A stretch of 64,000 bases of DNA. Source: an uncultured Acidobacteriaceae bacterium (GTDB lineage: Bacteria; Acidobacteriota; Terriglobia; Terriglobales; Acidobacteriaceae). A model generated the notes under the pieces. It was not told the origin of the DNA. It searched no databases and saw nothing but the letters and a program-made list of their open reading frames with translations. The translations under genes were made by a program, and so were the position numbers. Location: positions 4,183,198 through 4,247,197 of the forward strand of contig OY969786.1 in the NCBI GenBank assembly GCA_963703075.1, read 5' to 3'. Position 1 is the first letter of the stretch. Each line of letters starts with the position of its first letter. Positions 10,292 through 19,279 of the stretch are shown here, piece by piece.

Positions 10292-11740
10292 TTATTTCAA
10301 ACCAAGTTCGGTGAGTATCTTGGGATTCTTCTCGCCATTGGCCAGAAGAAGATGACACGCGGAACAGTCATTGGTAATCGTCTGACCATCCGCGCTCGTA
10401 TGATTCCCATCGTGACAGCGGAAACACCCTGGCGTATCCATATGCCCGAGATTATTGGGGTGTGTGCCCCAGGTGACGTTCATGTCGGGGAAGATGTTGC
10501 GCAGATAGATCGCCGAGATTTCGTTGGCTGATTGGCTCACCAGCCCACGCCTCGCCTGATAAACATTCGGGTAATTCTGCTGGTAGAAGTTTGTGATTTC
10601 GTCGCGAATTTCCTTCGTCGCTGCTTCACGACTTGAATAATTCGTTTTCAGGAGCTCGACGGCCTTCTTCCTGATAAAGGGCAGATCCGCGCTGATGTGT
10701 CCGAGGCCCATTTGCTTGTTGACGGCGTTGTCAGGGAGCTCAAATGCATGCGTAGGACGGTTATGACAGTCGACGCAGTCCATGACGCGGCTCTCACCTT
10801 TAGCCAATTGTTGGGCACTCGGTTTCACGTCGGTGGAGATGAATTCCGTGGTCTTGCCAGCGTCATCTGTGTAGTACACAGCGGGTATGACCTGCCGCTC
10901 CGCGTCCGTGGCGATATAACGGATGCGCGTTGTGTCGGCGAGGTGGTGGCCATGAATGCCGATCGAGCCCTGCCATGTATGTCCGCCCACTTTCATCAGT
11001 AAGACATTTGTCTGCGGCGTGTTGTTCTCATCTTCCTGGTAGCTGGTTCGAACCAGCAGCTTGTCCCCGGTGAAACGCTCAGGCCAGTGACAGTGTTCAC
11101 ACGTCTCACGCGCTGGCCGCAGATACTTTACCGGAGAAGGGATCGGACGTGAATACGTATGGAAGGTGACTGCATAGACCTGCCGCAGGCCGGAAAGCTT
11201 GGATCTGACGAACCACGAAGCCCCAGGGCCGATGTGACATTCGACACAAGCCACCCGTGAGTGCGGCGAATTCTGATAGGCCGTATATTCGGGCTGCATC
11301 ACCGTGTGGCAGGTAGTTCCGCAGAAACTCGTGGAATCCATGTACTCTACGCCGCGATAGGATGCCGTGCCAACGATCAGAAGATTGAGCAGCGTCGCCG
11401 CGGCAACATATTCCAATGTACGGCGCACGACCGGCAGGTGAAGATCGATGGACGGGTATGCCTTTGGAAGCGTCCCTTGGCTGCGCAGGCTCCTTTGCCG
11501 AATCCAGATACCAAGCGGAATCAGCAGCAAGCCGAGAATAAAGATGCCGGGGAAGATGAGAAAAAACAGTAGCCCGATGTAAGGATGCGGCGGTCCGGGC
11601 AAAACAATTTCATAGAACCAGAAGGCAATCGTCGTAAGCGCCGTACTGGTTGTGATCACCGCTCCGGTGAGCGTGAACGGATTCTGACCGAGGAAATAGA
11701 TAGGTTGCAGCCAGTGCCGTGGCGATTCTCGGAAGCTCAT
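10292..11740 (-). CDS. Inner-membrane multihaem c-type cytochrome, NapC/NirT-like (CymA/ImcH-like architecture)
   Basis: 482 aa with three N-terminal hydrophobic helices. Haem motifs: CGTTCH (CxxxCH variant), CVECH, CEHCH, CVDCH, CFRCH and CSACH. Lies directly downstream of the decahaem/barrel pair. Confidence 0.75.
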   Translation of the reverse strand: MSFRESPRHWLQPIYFLGQNPFTLTGAVITTSTALTTIAFWFYEIVLPGPPHPYIGLLFFLIFPGIFILGLLLIPLGIWIRQRSLRSQGTLPKAYPSIDLHLPVVRRTLEYVAAATLLNLLIVGTASYRGVEYMDSTSFCGTTCHTVMQPEYTAYQNSPHSRVACVECHIGPGASWFVRSKLSGLRQVYAVTFHTYSRPIPSPVKYLRPARETCEHCHWPERFTGDKLLVRTSYQEDENNTPQTNVLLMKVGGHTWQGSIGIHGHHLADTTRIRYIATDAERQVIPAVYYTDDAGKTTEFISTDVKPSAQQLAKGESRVMDCVDCHNRPTHAFELPDNAVNKQMGLGHISADLPFIRKKAVELLKTNYSSREAATKEIRDEITNFYQQNYPNVYQARRGLVSQSANEISAIYLRNIFPDMNVTWGTHPNNLGHMDTPGCFRCHDGNHTSADGQTITNDCSACHLLLANGEKNPKILTELGLK

Positions 11741-11804
11741 AAAGTCCTGGATTGTGGAGTTCGGAAATTCTCTCGGTTCGGTCGCGGGCGAGCACGCACC
11801 AGAA

Positions 11805-14096
11805 TCAGAATGCGTACCGCAAGGATTCGGTCACCGAGTTTGCATGGAAATAACGAGGTGCGGTTGGTCCGACGAACGATCCTTCTGCGTACTGGTAATA
11901 ATTCCAACCGCTGTTCCAACTCATCTTGTGTCCCACGTCGACGCTCAAGTTCGCGACCGGCTGCACATACTTGTATTGAGTCGCACCTTGCGGTTGGAAG
12001 ATGTTTAATTGCGGGATGCTGCCGTCCACATTGGTGATACTGAGACCAAGGTTCGCCGTCAAGCGCTTCGCGGGCTTGAATCGAACGGTACCCATACCGA
12101 AATTCGTATGGTTGATGTAATAGGAATTCGCCAGTAACGGATTGGCGGAGTCATTCGCCGCACAGGAAGCGGCATTGCTCACAAAAGGCAGCGTCACTCC
12201 GATGGGTGGAGTGTCGTTGAAACAGATCAGGGCGTTCTGGATGACATCGTTGTAGTTGTAGGCCAGATCGATGCCAAGACGGTCGTTGGGAGCGATCGAG
12301 GCGGTAACTCCGTAATTGCGGTTGTGACCCACATAATTCGTCAGCGTGTCATTGTTGGCATCCTGGATTATGTTGAGAGATCCTCCCAGGACCACCCACG
12401 GCAGCGGCGTGTAGTTCGTCTGAAACCGGTAGCGCGACTCCTTGCGGGGAGTCATGCGAACGATCACGTTGTCGTAATTGGTATGTTCAAGATCGAAGTT
12501 CATCCGGAAGTTGCGGGTTGGACGGGCCCAGAACCCCATCAGGGCTGTGTATTCGTGCACCACGAAATTGTCGAGATCCCCGGGTAAAAAATCGTTAAAG
12601 TGGTTGAAGACCTGGTCGCCGAAGCGGAAGCCGGCACGCACCCCAACCTTCTTCGAGATATCCCAGGCAAGTTCTGTCTGATTCTTTTGCCATGTCTGAT
12701 TAAAGGACGCCTGGGTCAAGGTGTTGACGGTCGTCGGAGTCGTGGCGCTGAGGGGAGTCAACAACGTGCAAGGCCCCATGCAATCGTTGTCGACCTCGTT
12801 AAAATTGGCATTCTCTGGAATGCGAAAAGCCCAAAAGTAATACTTTTCAATCAGCCGTAGACGTTTGGTAAGGTGCGCGGTCACACCAATGTCCAATACA
12901 TCCGAGATTCGGCTGGCATCGCCCTCTCCCGTGCCCTGGAAGGCGCGGGTACCGGTTCGCGTGATCAGTCCGTTGAATGACTCATAGAGCGGCGTACTCA
13001 TTTCGGCGTCGCTATACGAATAGGAGGCGACCAGATCGATTCGCTGGAAATAATTACTCCGCAAACTCAGCCGCTCCGTTGGTGTGGAAGTGCGAACCCG
13101 CTGGTTGCGCAGATAATTGAAATAGGCACTACAGGTGACGTTGGTGAGAGTTCCACCGGGACCAATCAGGCTGGTAGCGGGTGGCTTTACCGCACAGGGT
13201 TCGTTGTTCGCAGGATCGAAAGACAATCCCAACTCAACCGGTTCTCCGCCAGGAAGGAGCGCGGGGTTGAATGTGGCAAGTTGCGAGTCCGTGTCGCCTT
13301 TGTAGTAATCGAGCGATTGATCGTAGCTGATCACGGTTCGTGGCAGAACCCTCCAATCGATTCCCATGCGGAAAGAGTTCATCGTTGTGTTCCAGCCTTG
13401 CAGGAGAAGTGCCTCTGTGCCCTCGTGCAGGCTGCTGAAGGAGGGCCCCGTCATGTTGTTGTGCGAATATCCCAAACGAAAACTTACCGTGGACTCAGGT
13501 AATAACGTGAGATCGACATCCGTCATTCGTCGGGCGGTGTTGTCGAATTCGTGCGGCGAGTTCAGCACCGGAACCGAAGGCACTGCGGTGGGGGGATTTA
13601 GGGGATTCGCTAGCAGGTCGTAATTGAAGTAGCTTACGTCGCGACGGAAACTGCCCTGCAGGTTGTACCACTTGTGCTTATCTGCCCGTAGCCGGGCCAC
13701 GGCATTCGGATCTCCGCCAAACCCAAAGCTATTGAGGTAGAGATCGTCGAACAGCACGCCCTGGTGAGCCAGGGACTGCATTGAGAGTGTCTGGTCAAGA
13801 AATCGTGGGCCGCTCTGCAGATTCACCAGCGTGTCGTACATGTCGTCACTGCCGGCAACGTTGTTATAGCGATACCCCAATTCGACCGAAGAGTGGATAA
13901 GATACCCGCCGCTGTTGATGCCTTCCTGCTGGGAAGGCGGATCAGTGCCCGCGGCGGCCGATTGACCAAGAAGACGCGTCGACAACACTAAGATGAGCGC
14001 CAAAACCATAAGAGCGCAACGGATTTGCGGCGTTACGAGGTGCTCAATCAAGGAGATGACGAAATGCAACGGGCCGAACGTTCTTGGCGATTTCAT
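11805..14096 (-). CDS. Large outer-membrane beta-barrel protein, MtrB/PioB/MtoB-like by position
   Basis: ATG at 14096 with a GGAGAA RBS, 10 nt after the decahaem gene stop. Signal/TM segment ...ALMVLALILVLSTRLLGQ. 763 aa rich in Tyr/Asn/Gly/Asp with alternating hydrophobic strands. Terminal SLRYAF beta-signal. The family call rests on context, not on a verified alignment. Confidence 0.6.
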   Translation of the reverse strand: MKSPRTFGPLHFVISLIEHLVTPQIRCALMVLALILVLSTRLLGQSAAAGTDPPSQQEGINSGGYLIHSSVELGYRYNNVAGSDDMYDTLVNLQSGPRFLDQTLSMQSLAHQGVLFDDLYLNSFGFGGDPNAVARLRADKHKWYNLQGSFRRDVSYFNYDLLANPLNPPTAVPSVPVLNSPHEFDNTARRMTDVDLTLLPESTVSFRLGYSHNNMTGPSFSSLHEGTEALLLQGWNTTMNSFRMGIDWRVLPRTVISYDQSLDYYKGDTDSQLATFNPALLPGGEPVELGLSFDPANNEPCAVKPPATSLIGPGGTLTNVTCSAYFNYLRNQRVRTSTPTERLSLRSNYFQRIDLVASYSYSDAEMSTPLYESFNGLITRTGTRAFQGTGEGDASRISDVLDIGVTAHLTKRLRLIEKYYFWAFRIPENANFNEVDNDCMGPCTLLTPLSATTPTTVNTLTQASFNQTWQKNQTELAWDISKKVGVRAGFRFGDQVFNHFNDFLPGDLDNFVVHEYTALMGFWARPTRNFRMNFDLEHTNYDNVIVRMTPRKESRYRFQTNYTPLPWVVLGGSLNIIQDANNDTLTNYVGHNRNYGVTASIAPNDRLGIDLAYNYNDVIQNALICFNDTPPIGVTLPFVSNAASCAANDSANPLLANSYYINHTNFGMGTVRFKPAKRLTANLGLSITNVDGSIPQLNIFQPQGATQYKYVQPVANLSVDVGHKMSWNSGWNYYQYAEGSFVGPTAPRYFHANSVTESLRYAF

Positions 14097-14106
14097 CGGT
14101 TCTCCG

Positions 14107-15066
14107 CTACTTGAAAAAGACGTCGCTGAAGTTCGACCCGTGGATGGCAACGTGACACATGGTGCACGCCTGATACTTCGCTGACTGATTGTGGGCAGGC
14201 CCGGCAGGCCCCTGCGTTGGGAAGGTGTGACACTGCAAGCAGAGGATGTTCACCTGGCTGAGTTTCAGAAGCCGAGGATTGGTGGAACCATGCGGGGTGT
14301 GGCAGCTAATACAGCCCTCGGTTTTCACCGGCACATGTTCGTAGACGAACGGCCCTTGCTTATCGACGTGGCACTTGTAGCAAACCGCGTCCCCGCTTGC
14401 GAGAGTACGCAATTGCCGGATCGTCGCTGTCCCGTGAGGATCGTGGCAGTCGCTACACTGCACCAGCCCTTCGTTCACCCGGTGATGATACGGTTTTGCA
14501 AAGTCCGCTTTGGCGGTGACGTGACATCCGTAACACAACTGCGGCTGGTTCTGAACCAGGAGATGTTCCGGCTCTTTAGCGTGATGTGGAGAATGACAAT
14601 CCAGGCAGCCGACGTCATTGCTGGCATGCGCTGAATCCGAGAAGTGTGCCTGCGCGTGCGCTTCGCCGTGACATGTCAAGCAACGTGCGCTTGTCTCCTG
14701 TCTTGATTTGCCTGTGAAGACGAAGATCGTGCTCTTGTCTCCTCCACCGGCGACGTGTTCTGCGCCAGGACCGTGACAGCCCTCGCAACCCTGTTTAGAT
14801 GGACCCCCTTTTGTGTCGAGAGTGGTCTTCCAGTGAGGAGTCTTTGCCCAATTGTTGTAGATGTCTTCGTGACAGGTTTTGCAGGTGTCTGCACCAACGT
14901 AGTTCGAGTCAGATGTTGAGGCCGCACTCGGAATAGCAGAGTTCGTCCTCTGAGCGCTCTTATCGCTTACTTGCGGAGCCTGCGCGTGCAAATAGATCCC
15001 GCATGCGAGAAGGAACATCAGCGCAGATAGAGGCACTCGACAGGCGCGGGATGTAAACATTCGCAC
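14107..15066 (-). CDS. Periplasmic decahaem c-type cytochrome, MtrA/DmsE/PioA/MtoA family
   Basis: 319 aa with a signal peptide. Exactly ten CxxCH motifs (CKTCH, CEGCH, CLTCH, CLDCH, CYGCH, CSDCH, CYKCH, CISCH, CLQCH, CTMCH). C-terminal CHVAIHGSN resembles MtrA-type proteins. Size matches MtrA (about 330 aa). Confidence 0.85.
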   Translation of the reverse strand: MRMFTSRACRVPLSALMFLLACGIYLHAQAPQVSDKSAQRTNSAIPSAASTSDSNYVGADTCKTCHEDIYNNWAKTPHWKTTLDTKGGPSKQGCEGCHGPGAEHVAGGGDKSTIFVFTGKSRQETSARCLTCHGEAHAQAHFSDSAHASNDVGCLDCHSPHHAKEPEHLLVQNQPQLCYGCHVTAKADFAKPYHHRVNEGLVQCSDCHDPHGTATIRQLRTLASGDAVCYKCHVDKQGPFVYEHVPVKTEGCISCHTPHGSTNPRLLKLSQVNILCLQCHTFPTQGPAGPAHNQSAKYQACTMCHVAIHGSNFSDVFFK

Positions 15067-15087
15067 TCTCCCTAAAGATACGGTTAC

Positions 15088-16211
15088 TTAATTGGCGAAA
15101 GCCCCATCGTTCTTGAGCACTACCTTTAACGCGCCTTCTTTGGCCGCATTTCCAAACGTCTCGTATGCCTTCAGGATGTCTTTCATCGCGAATGTATGGG
15201 TGACCAGCTTGTGGGGCTGCAATTTGCCGGAAGCCACGATCTTCAGCAACATAGGGGTTGTGACCGTATCCACCAGTCGCGTGGTAAGTGCGATATTGCG
15301 ATCCCAGAGCTTCTCCATGTGCAGCGTCACCGGTTTGCCGTGGACGCCGACGTTGGCATTCGTCCTCCGGCGGCAACGATTGCCTCGCATATCTCGAGAG
15401 TTGCCGGAAGACCGACCGCTTCAATGGCAACATCCACACCTGCACCTTTGGTCATCTCCATCACAAGGCGGGCCGCTTGCCCATCGGCACTATTGATCGT
15501 CGTGGTGGCGCCAAATTGCTTCGCGACGGCCAGCCGCTTGTCATCAAGATCGATCACGATAATCGCGGAGGGCGAATAGAATTGCGCCGTCAGCAAAACC
15601 GCCGTGCCAACCGGGCCAGCACCGACAATCGCGACCGTGTCCGCTGGTTTCACTTGTCCATTGAGCACGCCGCACTCGAATCCAGTCGGCAGAATGTCAC
15701 TCAGCATTACGAATGCATCTTCGTCTCCGCCCACTGGCAGAGGGTAGAGACTGCCATCCGCATAAGGGATGCGCACATATTCAGCCTGCGTTCCATCTAA
15801 CGTGTAACCCAGAATCCATCCACCGTTACGGCAGTGAGAATACATCTGCTTCTTGCAGAAATCGCACTTCAGACAGGCCGTAACACAGGAGACGATTACT
15901 TTATCCCCTACATGAAACTGCGAAACATTCTTTCCAATCTGCTCGATTACGCCAATGCCTTCATGGCCGAGAATGCGGCCATCCGTCACCGCCGGAAGAT
16001 CGCCTTTCAGGATGTGAAGATCGGTGCCGCAAATCGTCGAGGTAGTGATTCGCACGATCGCGTCACTCTCATGTTGAATAGAAGGGCGTGGCTTGACCTC
16101 CCATGAAGGCTTGCCCGGACCGTGATAGACAAGCGCTTGCATGTTGCTGCTGGAAGGATCGGTATGCGTCATCGGCAAGGCTAGGTCGGCGGTTGTCATG
16201 GGGATTCCCAT
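15088..16211 (-). pseudogene. Zinc-dependent alcohol dehydrogenase (MDR family) interrupted by a 1-nt frameshift
   Basis: Two adjacent ORFs (15327..16211 and 15088..15390) together make one MDR alcohol dehydrogenase. Motifs: GHEGIGVIEQIG, structural-Zn CLKCDFCKKQMYSHC, Rossmann AIVGAGPVG, then ...IVAAGG | ANVGVHGKPVTLHMEKLW...LVDTVTTPMLL. The frames switch near 15357-15362. The likely true start is MQALVYHG at 16142. Confidence 0.8.
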
Positions 16212-16426
16212 CGAGGAACTGCACGAGGGTAGACGAAGAGAATGCCTTCAGATGTGCAATATTGCTCAGATCAAGAAAGAAAGCATTTCAAAGGGGAGTG
16301 GCGAGCACAGATGCTCAGCCGAAATTCTATTCAGCCCCTAGGCACTCGCGGTGAATGCGACGAAGCTCCATCACGGAGCGTTCCTCGCCCTCAAGCGACA
16401 AGTGATGGGCGAGGAGAGCGAAGACT

Positions 16427-16448
16427 AAAGCCCCGCAGCGCGGGCTTT
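16427..16448 (-). terminator. Stem-loop, candidate terminator at the distal end of the isc transcription unit
   Basis: AAAGCCC-CGCAGCGC-GGGCTTT gives a 7-bp outer stem plus inner GC pairs, flanked by A and T runs so it could act in either direction. It overlaps the stop codon of ORF 16447..16701. Confidence 0.45.
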
Positions 16449-16701
16449 ACATTTGGCTCAATTCAAACTGACCCACTACCGAAAGACGGCCTCGCGGAAC
16501 AAAGAGTATATGCTTCGTGTTTTTCCCCGGTACCCATGCCATTCGCGATCTGCCAAGCGTTGCGACGAACGCATCAGTGCCACTCAGAGTGGCGAGATGG
16601 AGTGGCGGAAGATATGGCATCAGCATCCAGTGAGCGATGCCGAACAAGTCCGGACCGCCTACGCGCACAAAGCCGAAACACGTGCGCTCATCACCCAGCA
16701 C
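16447..16701 (-). CDS. Hypothetical protein (weakly supported; competes with a plus-strand ORF 16453..16737)
   Basis: 84-aa ORF 32 nt downstream of iscX on the same strand, ending in the hairpin. I recognise no family. Third-position GC is only about 58% by my count, so coding status is doubtful. Confidence 0.2.
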   Translation of the reverse strand: MLGDERTCFGFVRVGGPDLFGIAHWMLMPYLPPLHLATLSGTDAFVATLGRSRMAWVPGKNTKHILFVPRGRLSVVGQFELSQM

Positions 16702-16733
16702 ACTCGGTTGATAAGAACTTTATTCGCAATGTC

Positions 16734-16952
16734 TTAACTGTTCTTATCCTGCCACTCCTCGTACCACGCCATCTGGATTGCTTCCAGCTTGCCTTCATTT
16801 GATTTGCCAGGATCGTCGACGAACGTTGGCAGTTCCGTGATCTTCTTATGAAGATCCGTGAAGCGCACCTCCAAAGGGTTCAGCTCGGGAAATTTTTCCG
16901 ACAGCTCGATGCCGAGGTCTTCCGCATCGTCCCAGCGCAGCTCAGCAGCCAT
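16734..16952 (-). CDS. iscX: Fe-S cluster assembly protein IscX
   Basis: 72 aa: MAAELRWDDAEDLGIELSEKFPELNPLEVRFTDLHKKITELPTFVDDPGKSNEGKLEAIQMAW... This aligns with E. coli IscX (W.D..EIG, DP..VRFTD.H, DDP..SNE..LEAI). ATGA overlap with the fdx stop. Confidence 0.85.
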   Translation of the reverse strand: MAAELRWDDAEDLGIELSEKFPELNPLEVRFTDLHKKITELPTFVDDPGKSNEGKLEAIQMAWYEEWQDKNS

Positions 16953-17368
16953 CAGTGGGTCTCCGAGACATAGTTGCGATTCCACGCCGGGATCTCCACC
17001 ACGATTTCGCCAGGCTTTTCGATCTGCACCTGGCACCCAAGCCGCGACTCCAGCTGCAAGTCCGCCGCACCATCAAGCCGGTCGGCTTCATCATCGTCAA
17101 GCTCGCTCAGGCACTCTTTGCCTTTCTTCACCACGACGTGGCACGTGGTGCACGCGCAATTGCCGCCGCACGCATGGTCGAGGTTCACGCCGAAATTCAG
17201 CGCAACATCGAGAATCGACTCGGGCTTGCCGTGGTCCTGGTACTGCAGCTTTCCGTGCTCGAATTCCACCGTTTTGTTTTCGGGGAGAAAGGTCACGCGC
17301 ACGACATTCGCCGGGTTCGCTCCTTCGATTGTCACCGTACTGCCTGCATTGTTCTTCTCTTCTGCCAT
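16952..17368 (-). CDS. fdx: ISC-type [2Fe-2S] ferredoxin (adrenodoxin-like)
   Basis: CGGNCACTTCHV ... RLGCQV cysteine pattern, in the position between hscA and iscX. Confidence 0.9.
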   Translation of the reverse strand: MAEEKNNAGSTVTIEGANPANVVRVTFLPENKTVEFEHGKLQYQDHGKPESILDVALNFGVNLDHACGGNCACTTCHVVVKKGKECLSELDDDEADRLDGAADLQLESRLGCQVQIEKPGEIVVEIPAWNRNYVSETH

Positions 17369-17374
17369 AGATTC

Positions 17375-19279
17375 CTATTTCTCGAATTCCGCCGGGGCAA
17401 ACGGATGCGGAGCCGAAGGCCCTTCGCCAAGATCGGTCTTCGCCATATCCTTGCCCTTCAGTGCTGATGTCACTGCCGAATCCATCATGACTTCCGCCAG
17501 GTGCATCGTGGCCTTGTTGAGTGCGTCGATCGCCGTGCGAATCGCCTTGTAATCGTTTGTTTCCTTGTCGGTGCGCAAAACAGATTCAAGCTTATCGATC
17601 TCTACTTTTTCGTCTTCCGCCAGGAACGACCACGCATCGCTGCGTCTCGATTTATCGAGAGCGGCCAGGATGGTCTCTGCTTCGGTCCGCGCCTCGATCA
17701 CTTGCCGCTTCGCGAAATCGTCTTCGGCGTAATCGAACGACTCGAGAATCATGGTCTCGACCTGCTCGTCCGTGAGCCCATAGGTCGGCTGCACTTCGAT
17801 TTCCGAAGCTTTCCCGCTGCGCTGTTCCCGCGCTGAAACATGCAAAATCCCATTCGCATCGATTAAGAACTTCACCTCGATGCGTGGTAGCCCCGCCGGC
17901 ATGGGTGGAATCCCCTTCAAGTCGAAACGCGCGAGGGACCTGCAATCGCTGGCCAGTTCCCGTTCTCCCTGCACCACGTGGATGGCGACGCTGGTCTGTC
18001 CTTCCACGCCGGTGGTGAAGTGCTCCGTGGCGGATGCCGGGATGGTCGAGTTACGCAGGATGATCTTCGCCACGACGCCGCCGAGCGCTTCGATTCCCAG
18101 CGAGAGCGGGGTCACGTCCAACAGCAGCATTTCCTTGGTGGCTTCCGATCCGCCAGAAAGAATGTTCGCCTGCACCGCCGCGCCCAACGCGACCACTTCA
18201 TCCGGATTCAACTCGCTGTGCGGAGTTTTGCGGAACATTTGCTCCACCAGTGCGCGCACCCGCGGAATTCGCGTCGAGCCGCCTACCATCACAGCTTCGT
18301 CGATCTGTTCCGGCGTGACATCGGCGTCTTTCATCGCCTGTTTCACCGGACCCGTGGTTCGCTCGATCACCGATTGAATCAGCTGTTCGAACTGTTCCCG
18401 CGAAATCTCGCGCTGATATCGTTTCCCGCCCGCGAGTTCCACATCCAGCTTGGCAGACGCCTGCGACGACAGCGCAATCTTTGCGTCGATCACCGACTTG
18501 CGCACCGCCTGGATCGCCTCCGCGTTCCGACGGATATCGACGCCCATATCGCCCGCAATGTCCAGCACCGCGGTCGAGATCAGGAGGTTATCGATGTCAT
18601 CGCCACCCAGGTGCGTGTCGCCGTTGGTCGACATCACCTCGAAGATCCCGTCGTGCAACTTGAGAATTGAGATATCGAACGTCCCACCGCCCAGGTCATA
18701 GACCGCGATGGTTCCGTTCCTCTTCTTATCGAGACCGTAGGCCAGTGAGGCCGCCGTCGGCTCGTTGACGAGTCGCAGAACCTCAAGTCCCGCAATCCGT
18801 CCCGCATCTTTCGTCGCCTGCCGCTGCGCATCGTTGAAGTAGGCGGGCACTGTAATGACCGCTTTGGTCACCGGCGCTGCGAAATAGCGCTCCGCGTTCT
18901 TCTTGAGTTGCCGGAGAATAAATGCCGAAATCTCCGGTGGGGTATACGTTCTTTCCCCCAAGTGAATGCGAATCACTTCGCCGGACGCAAGATCGTCGGC
19001 CACGCGAAAAGGGAAGAGCTTCAACTCATCCTGGATGTCTTCCACGCCGCGTCCCATCAGCCGCTTGATCGAATACACCGCGCGTTCCGGCGTTTCGATC
19101 AGGTACTTGCGCGCCGCATTTCCCACTACGATCTGCCCAGCCGGATCCAGCGCTACGATCGATGGCACAAGGTTTGCGCCATCCTCCCCCGGAATCACCA
19201 CCGGGCGGTCGCCTTCCATGTAGGCCACGAGCGAGTTGGTGGTGCCCAGGTCGATTCCTACTACGCGTTCTTCTGCCAT
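17375..19279 (-). CDS. hscA: Fe-S protein assembly chaperone HscA (Hsp70 family)
   Basis: [20 protein letters not shown]..., [12 protein letters not shown] and full Hsp70 architecture. The ATG at 19279 overlaps the hscB stop (TGATG). The longer upstream ORF extension is rejected. Confidence 0.9.
   Translation of the reverse strand: MAEERVVGIDLGTTNSLVAYMEGDRPVVIPGEDGANLVPSIVALDPAGQIVVGNAARKYLIETPERAVYSIKRLMGRGVEDIQDELKLFPFRVADDLASGEVIRIHLGERTYTPPEISAFILRQLKKNAERYFAAPVTKAVITVPAYFNDAQRQATKDAGRIAGLEVLRLVNEPTAASLAYGLDKKRNGTIAVYDLGGGTFDISILKLHDGIFEVMSTNGDTHLGGDDIDNLLISTAVLDIAGDMGVDIRRNAEAIQAVRKSVIDAKIALSSQASAKLDVELAGGKRYQREISREQFEQLIQSVIERTTGPVKQAMKDADVTPEQIDEAVMVGGSTRIPRVRALVEQMFRKTPHSELNPDEVVALGAAVQANILSGGSEATKEMLLLDVTPLSLGIEALGGVVAKIILRNSTIPASATEHFTTGVEGQTSVAIHVVQGERELASDCRSLARFDLKGIPPMPAGLPRIEVKFLIDANGILHVSAREQRSGKASEIEVQPTYGLTDEQVETMILESFDYAEDDFAKRQVIEARTEAETILAALDKSRRSDAWSFLAEDEKVEIDKLESVLRTDKETNDYKAIRTAIDALNKATMHLAEVMMDSAVTSALKGKDMAKTDLGEGPSAPHPFAPAEFEK

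Noticed and set aside
16242-16802. 186-aa plus-strand ORF spanning the gap between the alcohol dehydrogenase and iscX
   Set aside because: It is Arg/Ser/Pro-rich with no motifs. It runs across a hairpin and into the iscX coding region on the opposite strand.
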